25,564 nucleotides of DNA. Source: a virus (taxonomy: Duplodnaviria; Heunggongvirae; Uroviricota; Caudoviricetes). The notes below the pieces were generated by a model. That model worked only from the letters and a program-made list of their open reading frames with translations. It had not been told where the DNA came from and searched no databases. Below are positions 7,910-16,624 of this stretch, one piece after another. The stretch spans positions 1 to 25,564 of the IMG/VR virus record IMGVR_UViG_2917860307_000003; one strand, written 5' to 3'. The position numbers and the translations under genes are program-made. Numbering within the stretch: position 1 is the first letter of the stretch; every line of letters starts with the position of its first letter.

Positions 7910-8537
7910 TGTACCGCTGAGTCTGAAATCTGTCAGTGACTCCGGTGAGTTTGAAGGGTATGGCTCCGTCTTTGGTGTAAAAGACAGCCACGATGATGTG
8001 GTGATGTCCGGGGCATTTGCTGCTTCCCTGCGGGCGTGGAGTGACAGAAAAGCGTTGCCTGCGCTGCTCTGGCAGCACCGCATGGATGAGCCCATCGGTG
8101 TTTACACCGAAATGAAGGAAGACGATGTCGGGCTTTACGTCAGGGGGCGGTTGCTCATTGATGATGATCCCCTGGCAAAACGCGCACATGCACACATGAA
8201 GGCCGGTTCGTTAACCGGCCTTTCTATTGGGTACGTCCTGAAGGACTGGGAATATGACCGGACGAAAGAAGCCTTTCTGCTGAAAGAAATCGACCTCTGG
8301 GAAGTCAGTCTGGTGACGTTTCCGTCTAACGACGAGGCGCGGATTAGCGACGTCAAGAACGCGCTGGCCCGCGGGGAAATCCCCGAACAGAAAAAAATCG
8401 AAAGAGTCCTGCGTGATGTCGGACTCTCCCGTACCCAGGCCAAAGCATTCATGGCCGGGGGCTATGGCGCACTGTCCCTGCGCGACGCTGAGGATGTGGG
8501 CTCTGCACTGAATGCACTGAAAAATCTGAACTTCTAA
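7887..8537 (+). CDS. Prohead maturation protease (HK97 gp4-like)
   Basis: ATG 7887 with AAGGA RBS; motif region SGEFEGYGSVFGVKDSHDDVVMSGAF typical of HK97-type prohead proteases; the track's upstream start at 7851 is less likely. Confidence 0.75.
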   Translation: MQTKQRLDVPLSLKSVSDSGEFEGYGSVFGVKDSHDDVVMSGAFAASLRAWSDRKALPALLWQHRMDEPIGVYTEMKEDDVGLYVRGRLLIDDDPLAKRAHAHMKAGSLTGLSIGYVLKDWEYDRTKEAFLLKEIDLWEVSLVTFPSNDEARISDVKNALARGEIPEQKKIERVLRDVGLSRTQAKAFMAGGYGALSLRDAEDVGSALNALKNLNF

Positions 8538-8551
8538 TCAGGAGAAATACG

Positions 8552-9757
8552 ATGGCGGTTGATATTAAAGATGTCGAACAGGTCGCGCAGGAGCTGCAGC
8601 AGAAGTTTGACGACTTCAAAGCAAAGAACGACAAGCGCGTGGATGCGATTGAGCAGGAAAAAGGCAAACTTGCCGGGCAGGTGGAAACCCTGAACGGGAA
8701 ACTCAGCGAGCTGGAAAATCTCAAAAGCGATATTGAAAAAGAGCTGCTTGAGCTGAAACGTCCGGCAGGTGGTACGCAAAATAAACTGGCCACCGAGCAT
8801 AAAGAAGCGTTTGTGGGCTTCCTGCGTAAAGGCCGTGAAGATGGTCTGCGCGATCTGGAGCGCAAGGCATTACAGGTGGGCACCGATGAAGACGGCGGCT
8901 ATGCCGTGCCGGAAGCACTGGATCGCAACATTCTCACCCTGCTGAAAGATGAAGTGGTGATGCGCCAGGAAGCCACGGTGATCACCGTTGGCGGTTCCGA
9001 CTACAAAAAACTGGTGAATCTGGGCGGCACGGCTTCCGGATGGGTGGGCGAGACTGACGCGCGCTCCCAGACTGCCACCTCAAAACTGGGACTGATTGAA
9101 CCTTTCATGGGGGAAATCTACGGTAACCCGCAGGCCACCCAGAAAATGCTGGATGATGCTTTCTTCAACGTGGAGGCCTGGATCAACAGCGAGCTGGCAA
9201 CCGAATTTGCCGAACAGGAAGAAATTGCCTTTACCTCCGGCGATGGTACCAAGAAGCCAAAAGGGTTCCTGGCGTATGAATCCACCGATGAAACCGATAA
9301 GGTCCGGGCGTTCGGCAAACTTCAGCATATTGTATCCGGCGAAGCGACGACGGTGACCGCAGACGCCATTATCAAACTGATTTACACGCTGCGTAAGGCA
9401 CACCGCACTGGCGCGAAGTTCATGATGAACAACAACAGCCTGTTTGCCATCCGTCTGCTGAAAGACAGCGAGGGTAACTATCTGTGGCGTCCGGGGCTGG
9501 AGCTGGGGCAGCCGTCCTCTCTGGCGGGTTACGGTATCGCTGAAAACGAACAGATGCCGGATATCGCCGCTGATGCGAAAGCCATTGCATTTGGCAACTT
9601 CAAACGGGGTTACACCATCGTTGACCGTATCGGCACCCGCATTCTGCGCGACCCGTACACCAATAAACCGTTTGTCGGTTTTTATACCACCAAGCGCACC
9701 GGCGGGATGCTGGTCGATTCGCAGGCCATCAAACTGCTGAAGATTGCAGCGGCGTAA
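8552..9757 (+). CDS. Major capsid protein (HK97 fold) with N-terminal coiled-coil delta/scaffold domain
   Basis: 401-aa ORF; first ~75 aa are charged coiled-coil; AGGAG RBS; follows the protease as in HK97. Confidence 0.85.
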   Translation: MAVDIKDVEQVAQELQQKFDDFKAKNDKRVDAIEQEKGKLAGQVETLNGKLSELENLKSDIEKELLELKRPAGGTQNKLATEHKEAFVGFLRKGREDGLRDLERKALQVGTDEDGGYAVPEALDRNILTLLKDEVVMRQEATVITVGGSDYKKLVNLGGTASGWVGETDARSQTATSKLGLIEPFMGEIYGNPQATQKMLDDAFFNVEAWINSELATEFAEQEEIAFTSGDGTKKPKGFLAYESTDETDKVRAFGKLQHIVSGEATTVTADAIIKLIYTLRKAHRTGAKFMMNNNSLFAIRLLKDSEGNYLWRPGLELGQPSSLAGYGIAENEQMPDIAADAKAIAFGNFKRGYTIVDRIGTRILRDPYTNKPFVGFYTTKRTGGMLVDSQAIKLLKIAAA

Positions 9758-9763
9758 TCACTC

Positions 9764-9785
9764 AGGGGCGCTGAACCGCGCCCCT
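9764..9785 (+). terminator. Hairpin downstream of the major capsid gene (candidate attenuator/terminator)
   Basis: 8-bp GC-rich stem AGGGGCGC/GCGCCCCT with 6-nt loop, followed by a weak T-containing tract GTTCTG. Confidence 0.35.
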
Positions 9786-9805
9786 GTTCTGAAGGGTGAA
9801 GAATC

Positions 9806-10006
9806 ATGATCCTGAAACAAGATCTGAAATGGTCACCGGACGGTATGCGTGTTGAGGTCATTCGGGCCGGTGAGTATGACGACGGGGCGCTTCCTGCCCG
9901 GGTGCAGGAGATTGCACTTCAGGCCGGGTTAGCAGAGCGCGGAACCAGTGCAAAAAGCAGTAAAGCGACAAAAGAGAAAAAAGCCACGACCAGTAAAGAG
10001 GGCTGA
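9806..10006 (+). CDS. Small hypothetical head-module protein (66 aa, Lys-rich C-terminus)
   Basis: ORF placed between the capsid and head-tail adaptor genes; no recognisable domain. Confidence 0.4.
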   Translation: MILKQDLKWSPDGMRVEVIRAGEYDDGALPARVQEIALQAGLAERGTSAKSSKATKEKKATTSKEG

Positions 10007-10008
10007 GT

Positions 10009-10332
10009 ATGCTTCTGACAATGGAAGAGATTAAAGCCCAACTCCGGCTGGATGAGGATTTCGATACTGATGACCGCCATCTGCAACTGCTGGCCTGTGC
10101 GGCACAAAAGCGGACGGAAACGTATCTGAACCGGAAGCTCTATGCACCGGATGAAACCATTCCGGACAGCGATCCGGACGGGCTGCACCTGCCGGATGAT
10201 ATTCGTCTGGGGATGCTGATGCTTATCAGCCATTTTTACGAAAACCGCTCGTCGGTTACGGAAGTGGAGAAACTCGACATGCCGCAGAGTTTTGGCTGGC
10301 TTGTCGGCCCGTACAGGTACTTTCCGCAATGA
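10009..10332 (+). CDS. Head-tail adaptor (gp6-like connector protein)
   Basis: 107-aa ORF with the N-terminus (MLLTMEEIKAQLRLDEDFD) typical of gp6-like connector proteins; gene order. Confidence 0.7.
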   Translation: MLLTMEEIKAQLRLDEDFDTDDRHLQLLACAAQKRTETYLNRKLYAPDETIPDSDPDGLHLPDDIRLGMLMLISHFYENRSSVTEVEKLDMPQSFGWLVGPYRYFPQ

Positions 10333-10739
10333 AAATTCGTCAGGCGCAGACCAGTGCAACCTACATTCTGCCGGACCCCGGCGAACTGAATAAACGCGTC
10401 CTGATCCGCCTGCGGGTGGATATGCCCGCGGATAACTTTGGCGTGGAGCCTCAATACCCGGTTACGTTCCGGACATGGGCGAAGGTTATCCAGACCAGTG
10501 CCACCACCTGGCAGGAAACCGCGCAGACCGGGGACGCCATCACCCATTACATCACCATTCGTTACCGCCGGGGGATCACCGCTGATTATGAGGTGGTCTG
10601 CGGTGACAGTGTGTACCGGGTGAAACGTCAGCGCGATCTGAACGGGGCGCGGCGTTTTCTGCTGCTGGAGTGTACGGAGCTGGGCGAATGTAGGCAGAGT
10701 CACGGAGGCAACAATGACGACTTCCTTTTTGCACGTTGA
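10329..10739 (+). CDS. Head closure / head-tail joining protein
   Basis: 136-aa ORF overlapping the adaptor stop; size and position typical. Confidence 0.6.
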   Translation: MKIRQAQTSATYILPDPGELNKRVLIRLRVDMPADNFGVEPQYPVTFRTWAKVIQTSATTWQETAQTGDAITHYITIRYRRGITADYEVVCGDSVYRVKRQRDLNGARRFLLLECTELGECRQSHGGNNDDFLFAR

Positions 10740-11220
10740 TTTTCAGCAGCCCGCGGAGATGCGCTTTAACCGCGCCCGTGTCCGGCGGGCGTTTGTCACG
10801 ATTGGTCAGCGTCATATGCGTGATGCCCGTCGGCTGGTGATGCGCCGTGCGCGGTCGGCACCGGGTGAAAACCCCGGTTATCAGACCGGACGCCTGGCTC
10901 GTTCGATTGGTTACATGGTACCCAGAGCCAGTAAACATCGCCCTGGTTTTATGGCACGTATAGCCCCTAACCAGCGTAATGGAGAGGGAAACCGCCGTAT
11001 CACCGGTGATTTTTATCCGGCTTTTTTGTTCTATGGCGTGAGGCGAGGGGCAAAGCGTCGTCGCAGCCATCATCGTGGTGCATCCGGTGGCAGCGGCTGG
11101 CGACTGGCTCCACGTAATAACTTCATGGTGGAAACGCTTGAAAAGAACCGCAGTTGGACACGCTATTTTCTGGCGCGGGAATTGCGTAAATCACTGAAGC
11201 CGGAGCGACGACACAGATGA
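10714..11220 (+). CDS. HK97 gp10-family virion morphogenesis protein
   Basis: 168-aa strongly basic ORF at the conserved position after the head closure gene. Confidence 0.6.
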   Translation: MTTSFLHVDFQQPAEMRFNRARVRRAFVTIGQRHMRDARRLVMRRARSAPGENPGYQTGRLARSIGYMVPRASKHRPGFMARIAPNQRNGEGNRRITGDFYPAFLFYGVRRGAKRRRSHHRGASGGSGWRLAPRNNFMVETLEKNRSWTRYFLARELRKSLKPERRHR

Positions 11221-11777
11221 AACTGACGCCTGTTATTGCTGCACTGCGTGCCCGCTGTCCGTATTTTGAAAACCGGGTCGCAGGCGCGGCCCAGTTCAAA
11301 AATCTGCCGGAGGTCGGAAAGCTGAAACTCCCGGCGGCATATGTTGTACCGGGTGATGATTCTCCGGGAGAAAACAAAAGCCAGACCGACTACTGGCAGG
11401 AGCTGAAAGAGGGTTTCTCCGTGGTTGTCATACTGAGTAACGGGCGTGATGAGCGCGGTCAGTTTGCCTCGTATGATGTGGTGGACGATGTCCGGCAGAT
11501 GCTCTTTAAGGCTCTGCTGGGCTGGAACCCGGAGGCGTGCGGTAACCCGATTACCTATGACGGCGGCACGCTGCTGGATCTGAATCGTCATGAGCTGATT
11601 TATCAGTTCGATTTTTCGGTCATCAGCGAGCTGACCGAAGACGATACCCGCCAGCAGGATGATCTGAACAGTCTGGATGAACTGCAAACGCTGGCGATTG
11701 ATGTTGATTATCTCGAGCCCGGTAACGGGCCTGACGGCGATATCGAACATCACACCGAAATAACCCTTCCTTCCTGA
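11217..11777 (+). CDS. Mu-like tail-associated protein (tail terminator/completion-like)
   Basis: 186-aa ORF immediately upstream of the sheath gene; acidic C-terminus; product inferred from gene order. Confidence 0.5.
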   Translation: MKLTPVIAALRARCPYFENRVAGAAQFKNLPEVGKLKLPAAYVVPGDDSPGENKSQTDYWQELKEGFSVVVILSNGRDERGQFASYDVVDDVRQMLFKALLGWNPEACGNPITYDGGTLLDLNRHELIYQFDFSVISELTEDDTRQQDDLNSLDELQTLAIDVDYLEPGNGPDGDIEHHTEITLPS

Positions 11778-11785
11778 GGATCCTC

Positions 11786-11956
11786 ATGTTTGTCAAACCT
11801 GTTAAAGGGCGGTCAGTTCCTGACCCTGCCCGCGGCGACCTTTTGCCCGCCGAAGGGCGAAATGTTGACGAGAACAACTACTGGCTGCGCCGTGAAGCAG
11901 CGGGTGATATCCGGCGCGTGAATAAAAAGGTGAATACCGATGACGATAAGCTTTAA
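11786..11956 (+). CDS. Small conserved Mu-like tail-module protein (56 aa)
   Basis: My translation is MFVKPVKGRSVPDPARGDLLPAEGRNVDENNYWLRREAAGDIRRVNKKVNTDDDKL; overlaps the sheath start; below the track's size cutoff. Confidence 0.5.
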   Translation: MFVKPVKGRSVPDPARGDLLPAEGRNVDENNYWLRREAAGDIRRVNKKVNTDDDKL

Positions 11957-13436
11957 CACCATTCCGTCGAATACGCTGGTTCCGTTGTTTTATGCGGAAA
12001 TGGATAACTCGGCGGCGAATACTGCACAGGACAGTGGAGCATCGCTGCTGATTGGTCATGCCAATAACGGTGCAGAGATTGTTGCCAACAGTCTGGTACT
12101 GATGCCGTCGGCAGACTATGCACGCCAGATTTGTGGTGCGGGAAGTCAGCTGGCGCGTATGGTCGAGGCTTATCGCCAGACTGACCCGTTTGGCGAGCTG
12201 TATGTGATTGCCGTTCCTGAATCCACAGGCGCGGCGGCAACGGTTACGCTGACGGTGACCGGGGAAGCAACCGAAAGCGGCACGGTGAATGTCTATGTGG
12301 GACGTACCCGCGTGCAGGCTCCGGTGACCAACGGCGATAACGTCACGACGATTGCCAGCAGTATCAAAGATGCCATCAATGCCGTTCCGACTCTGCCGTT
12401 TACAGCTTCATCTTCGGCTGGTGTTGTCACGCTGACCGCGCGTCATAAGGGGCTTTGCGGGAATGAAATTCCTGTCAGCCTCAATTACTACGGCTTCGGT
12501 GGGGGCGAAGTGCTGCCAGCGGGCGTACAGATTGCCGTGGCGACGGGGACCGCCGGAACGGGCGCTCCGGTTCTCACCGGCGCGGTGGCTGCAATGGCGG
12601 ATGAGCCGTTTGATTATATCGGTCTGCCGTTCAACGACACGGCCTCCGTTAACACGCTGGTGACCGAGATGAACGATACCAGCGGTCGCTGGAGCTATGC
12701 GCGTCAGCTGTATGGTCATGTGTATACGGCAAAGATCGGCACGCTGTCAGAACTGGTGACCGCAGGTGACCAGTTTAACCAGCAGCACATTACCCTGGCG
12801 GGGTACGAAAAAGACACCCAGACGCCTGCCGACGAGCTGGCGGCAAGCCGTACCGCCCGCGCAGCGGTGTTTATCCGCAACGATCCGGCACGTCCCACGC
12901 AGACCGGTGAGCTGGTGGGTATGCTGCCTGCGCCGAAGGGGAAACGGTTCACGATGACCGAACAACAGACCCTGCTGTCTCATGGCGTGGCAACGGCGTA
13001 TGTCGAAAGCGGGGTACTGCGCATTCAGCGTGATGTCACCACGTACAGGAAAAACGCTTACGGGGTTGCGGATAACAGCTACCTCGACAGCGAGACGCTG
13101 CATACCAGCGCGTATGTACTGCGCAAACTGAAATCCGTCATTACCAGTAAGTACGGGCGTCACAAGCTTGCCAGTGACGGTACCCGCTTTGGTCCCGGTC
13201 AGGCGATTGTCACCCCGGCGGTGATCAAAGGGGAACTGCTGGCAACCTACCGTCAGCTCGAGCGTGCGGGGATCGTGGAAAACTACGAACTGTTCAAGCA
13301 GTACCTGGTTGTGGAGCGTGATGCCAGCGATCAGAACCGCCTGAACACGCTGTTCCCGCCTGACTATGTTAACCAGTTGCGTGTCTTTGCCGTGGTTAAC
13401 CAGTTCCGTCTTCAGTATTCAGAGGAGTCTGCATAA
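11940..13436 (+). CDS. Contractile tail sheath protein (Mu gpL-like)
   Basis: 498-aa ORF directly followed by the tube gene with TAATG overlap. Confidence 0.85.
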   Translation: MTISFNTIPSNTLVPLFYAEMDNSAANTAQDSGASLLIGHANNGAEIVANSLVLMPSADYARQICGAGSQLARMVEAYRQTDPFGELYVIAVPESTGAAATVTLTVTGEATESGTVNVYVGRTRVQAPVTNGDNVTTIASSIKDAINAVPTLPFTASSSAGVVTLTARHKGLCGNEIPVSLNYYGFGGGEVLPAGVQIAVATGTAGTGAPVLTGAVAAMADEPFDYIGLPFNDTASVNTLVTEMNDTSGRWSYARQLYGHVYTAKIGTLSELVTAGDQFNQQHITLAGYEKDTQTPADELAASRTARAAVFIRNDPARPTQTGELVGMLPAPKGKRFTMTEQQTLLSHGVATAYVESGVLRIQRDVTTYRKNAYGVADNSYLDSETLHTSAYVLRKLKSVITSKYGRHKLASDGTRFGPGQAIVTPAVIKGELLATYRQLERAGIVENYELFKQYLVVERDASDQNRLNTLFPPDYVNQLRVFAVVNQFRLQYSEESA

Positions 13437-13792
13437 TGGCCCGTATCGGGGGAACCTGTTATTTCAAAATTGACGGTCAGCAGCTATCGCTGACCGGCGG
13501 CATTGAGGTGCCCATGAACAGGACGGTCAATGATGACATCATCGGCCTGGACGGCTCAGTGGACCGCAAGGAAACTCACCGTGCGCCTTATGTCAAAGGG
13601 ACCTTCAAGGTGCCGAAGAATTTTCCGGTGAACAAAATCACCTCGTCTGATGAGATGACAATCACTGCCGAGCTGGCGAACGGTCAGGTCTATGTACTGT
13701 CGTCTGCCTGGCTGCACGGCGAAGCGAACCATAATGCCGAAGAAGGCACGGTTGATCTTGAGTTCCACGGTGAAGAAGGGGATTACCAGTAA
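13436..13792 (+). CDS. Tail tube protein (Mu gpM-like)
   Basis: 118-aa ORF between sheath and chaperone; TAATG overlaps at both ends. Confidence 0.8.
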   Translation: MARIGGTCYFKIDGQQLSLTGGIEVPMNRTVNDDIIGLDGSVDRKETHRAPYVKGTFKVPKNFPVNKITSSDEMTITAELANGQVYVLSSAWLHGEANHNAEEGTVDLEFHGEEGDYQ

Positions 13793-14061
13793 TGAAAGAG
13801 CTTGAGTTAAAGAAACCGATTACCGCTCATGGCGAGACACTCTCCGTACTGGAGTTTGATGAGCCCACCGGGAAAGATGTCCGCGAGCTGGGATATCCCT
13901 ACCAGATGAATCAGGATGAGTCCGTCAGACTTCTGGCGCATGTGGTGTCGAAATACATCGTGCGGCTGGCGAAAGTGCCGCAAAGCTCTGTCGACCAGAT
14001 GTCTCCGGCAGACCTGAATGCAGCGGCGTGGCTTGTGGCCGGTTTTTTCCTCCAGGCCTGA
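13792..14061 (+). CDS. Tail assembly chaperone, short product
   Basis: 89-aa ORF directly upstream of the tape measure gene, ending just after a T-TTT-TTC heptamer. Confidence 0.75.
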   Translation: MKELELKKPITAHGETLSVLEFDEPTGKDVRELGYPYQMNQDESVRLLAHVVSKYIVRLAKVPQSSVDQMSPADLNAAAWLVAGFFLQA

Positions 14062-14210
14062 CGGCTGAATACCTCACTGATCGCTTCTTTGACTGCGCCA
14101 GTTACTGGCGCATTAATCCTTTCGAATTGCTGAATATGCCGATCAGTGAAATTCCCTTACTGGTCAGTCAGGCAAACAGGATAGAGCAGGAGAAACGCAC
14201 ACATGGCTGA
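13792..14210 (+). CDS. Tail assembly chaperone, long product made by programmed -1 frameshift at T-TTT-TTC (14043-14049)
   Basis: Canonical X-XXY-YYZ heptamer 12 nt before the frame-0 stop; the -1 frame stays open to 14210, overlapping the tape measure start. Confidence 0.65.
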
Positions 14211-16035
14211 ATTTGAGCTTAAGGCGTTGATCACCGGTGTCGACAGGCTTTCTCCCGCGCTGTCGAAAATGCAAAAGAAAATCCGGGGATTTAAACGCCA
14301 GGCGGAAGAAGCGTCACAGGGTGGGCTGGCGCTTGGTGGCGGACTGGCAGCGGGTCTGACGCTTTCCCTGAAATCTTATGCCGATCAGGAAAACGCCGCC
14401 ACCGGGCTGAAAGTCGCCATGATGGATGCGAACGGCGAGGTTGGAAAGAGCTTTCAGGACATCAATAAACTGGCTATTGGCCTGGGTAACCAGCTACCCG
14501 GTACAACGGCTGATTTCCAGAACATGATGCAGATGCTGGTGCGTCAGGGGATCCCGGCAGAAAACATTCTGGGTGGTGTGGGTAAAGCGACAGCTTATCT
14601 TGCGGTACAACTGAAAAAAACACCGGAAGCGGCTGCCGAGTTTGCAGCAAAGATGCAGGATGCTACCGGAACGGCCTCAGAAGACATGATGGGGCTGTTC
14701 GACACAATTCAGAAGGCGTTTTATCTGGGCGTTGACGACACCAACATGCTGTCCTTCTTCACTAAAACCAGCTCTGTTCTGAAGATGGTGAATAAGGACG
14801 GTCTTCAGGCTGCACAGAGTCTTGCCCCCATCAGTGTCATGATGGATCAGATGGGGATGAACGGGGAGTCGGCAGGTAATGCCCTGCGAAAAGTTATCCA
14901 GTCCGGATTAAGCGTTAAGAAAATCAGGGACGTCAATAAAATCATGGCCCGCCAGAAACTCGGGGTACAGCTCGATTTTACTGATGGCAAAGGGAGTTTT
15001 GGCGGTCTTGATAACATGTTCAGGCAACTGGCAAAGCTGCGAAAACTGACCGACGTTAAGCGAACCGGTGTACTTAAGGCAATATTTGGTGATGATGCCG
15101 AAACCCTTCAGGTGGTCAATGCGCTGATCGATAAAGGAAAAGATGGCTACGATCAGATCCAGCAGAAGATGAATAAACAGGCCAGCCTGAATAAACGTGT
15201 TCAGGCACAGCTTGGTACGCTGTCCAACCTGTGGGAGGCAATGACAGGGACCGCAACTAACGGCCTTGCGGCTATTGGCGGCGCATTTTCTGGTGACGCT
15301 AAAAATATCACGCAATGGCTGGGGGAGTTGGGGGAGAAATTCACGAAGTTTGCGGATGAAAATCCCCGGGTTATTCGCGGTGTCGTCGGGCTTGCTGCCG
15401 GTCTTGCGATTCTGAAACTGGGATTGATGGGCGTTGGCGGTGCCATCAGTATTGTCAGCAGGATCATGTCGATGACGCCGATTGGCATGATTGCGACGGC
15501 GATAGCCCTGGCTGCAGGATTAATTATCACTAACTGGGATGTTGTCGGACCTTATTTTAAGAAACTCTGGGAAACCATTGGTCCTTATTTTGAAGCTGGC
15601 TGGGAACTCCTTAAGAAAGTTTTTGCCTGGTCGCCGCTGGGGATGGTGATCAATAACTGGGGGCCGGTTGTTAAGTGGTTTCAGGATATGTGGGACAAGC
15701 TGAAGCCAATTATTGAGTGGTTTACCGACAGTTCCGGTGACACAGTCGATGCCATTAACTCTGCGCAGTGGGGCGCGGGTGCTTATGATGCTTATGGGAC
15801 GGGAATACCGGCGCGGGGATACATACCTTATCCGGCGGTGGATCCGGCTCAGTCAAACAACGCCTCCGATGCCACAGGCCCGAATCCCTTCATGATTAAC
15901 AAAGCTTCTGCGCCAAAAGTTGATGGTGAGATCAAGGTATCTTTTGTGAATTCGCCTCCGGGTATGCGGGTTACGGAAACACGTTCCAGTAGCATTGATA
16001 TTAATCACGATGTTGGGTACACCAGATTTAGGTAA
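14203..16035 (+). CDS. Tail tape measure protein
   Basis: 610-aa ORF with Ala/Gly-rich helical and hydrophobic segments, downstream of the frameshifted chaperone. Confidence 0.85.
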   Translation: MAEFELKALITGVDRLSPALSKMQKKIRGFKRQAEEASQGGLALGGGLAAGLTLSLKSYADQENAATGLKVAMMDANGEVGKSFQDINKLAIGLGNQLPGTTADFQNMMQMLVRQGIPAENILGGVGKATAYLAVQLKKTPEAAAEFAAKMQDATGTASEDMMGLFDTIQKAFYLGVDDTNMLSFFTKTSSVLKMVNKDGLQAAQSLAPISVMMDQMGMNGESAGNALRKVIQSGLSVKKIRDVNKIMARQKLGVQLDFTDGKGSFGGLDNMFRQLAKLRKLTDVKRTGVLKAIFGDDAETLQVVNALIDKGKDGYDQIQQKMNKQASLNKRVQAQLGTLSNLWEAMTGTATNGLAAIGGAFSGDAKNITQWLGELGEKFTKFADENPRVIRGVVGLAAGLAILKLGLMGVGGAISIVSRIMSMTPIGMIATAIALAAGLIITNWDVVGPYFKKLWETIGPYFEAGWELLKKVFAWSPLGMVINNWGPVVKWFQDMWDKLKPIIEWFTDSSGDTVDAINSAQWGAGAYDAYGTGIPARGYIPYPAVDPAQSNNASDATGPNPFMINKASAPKVDGEIKVSFVNSPPGMRVTETRSSSIDINHDVGYTRFR

Positions 16036-16042
16036 AGACGAA

Positions 16043-16064
16043 CAGGGAGGGCCGCCCCTCCCTG
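16043..16064. terminator. Hairpin between the convergent tape measure gene and minus-strand moron; likely terminator for the moron
   Basis: 9-bp stem CAGGGAGGG/CCCTCCCTG with 4-nt loop, 3 nt past the moron stop; U-rich run on the minus-strand transcript (UUCGUCUUUA). Confidence 0.5.
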
Positions 16065-16067
16065 AAC

Positions 16068-16514
16068 TTACTGTGCGAACACGCAATTTCGGCCTGATGG
16101 GGAGCCGACAATTCTGGACATTTTTTCGCAAATAACAGCTACCTGTTCTCCTTTTTTAAGAGCAGCAGCTGTTGATTTTTCAGAGTCTTGCATCTCCATT
16201 CTTGCTGGCATGAATTCATTTTCAGTTCTGAATTTAATAATTATAGAGTCAGTAAAGTCCTTATCAATGGATTGTACGATACCTCTAACGGCGATTAATT
16301 TACCTTTTAACTGTTCATCGGTAGCGACTTCATTTTCTTCATACTCTTTAAACAGCTGTCGAGCAGTAGTGTTGTAGATTTCTTTTTGCGGTGCCGCAGC
16401 TTCCGTATCGGATGAGTATGAAGAATTAGAGCCTTTATCGTTATTGCCTGCAAAATATCCAATAATCACCAACCCGATGAAAATATATAAAATCCATTTT
16501 AATAATTTCTTCAT
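16068..16514 (-). CDS. Moron: membrane-anchored protein with an OB-fold-like (tRNA_anti-like) C-terminal domain; function unknown, possibly superinfection exclusion
   Basis: 148-aa ORF on the opposite strand to the whole tail operon, in an AT-rich insert; N-terminal TM anchor (MKKLLKWILYIFIGLVIIGYFAG); C-terminal pattern (NEVATDEQLKGKLIAVRGIVQSIDKD…KKGEQVAVICEKM) resembles that family as I recall it. Confidence 0.6.
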   Translation of the reverse strand: MKKLLKWILYIFIGLVIIGYFAGNNDKGSNSSYSSDTEAAAPQKEIYNTTARQLFKEYEENEVATDEQLKGKLIAVRGIVQSIDKDFTDSIIIKFRTENEFMPARMEMQDSEKSTAAALKKGEQVAVICEKMSRIVGSPSGRNCVFAQ

Positions 16515-16624
16515 GTTATCACCTTAATGCTAATAATTTATATGGTTACAAATGGTAATGGCTACCACTACAAATTATGGCATTACCAGTAAATATTACT
16601 ACTGATAATAAATATGGGACTTAT

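Noticed and set aside
10576-11073. 165-aa minus-strand ORF antisense to the head closure and gp10-like genes
   Set aside because: Antisense to overlapping structural genes; Arg/Pro/His-rich composition typical of a GC-rich out-of-frame translation
11163-11753. 196-aa minus-strand ORF antisense to the tail terminator-like gene
   Set aside because: Same reasoning: an antisense frame within a tightly coupled operon with no start context
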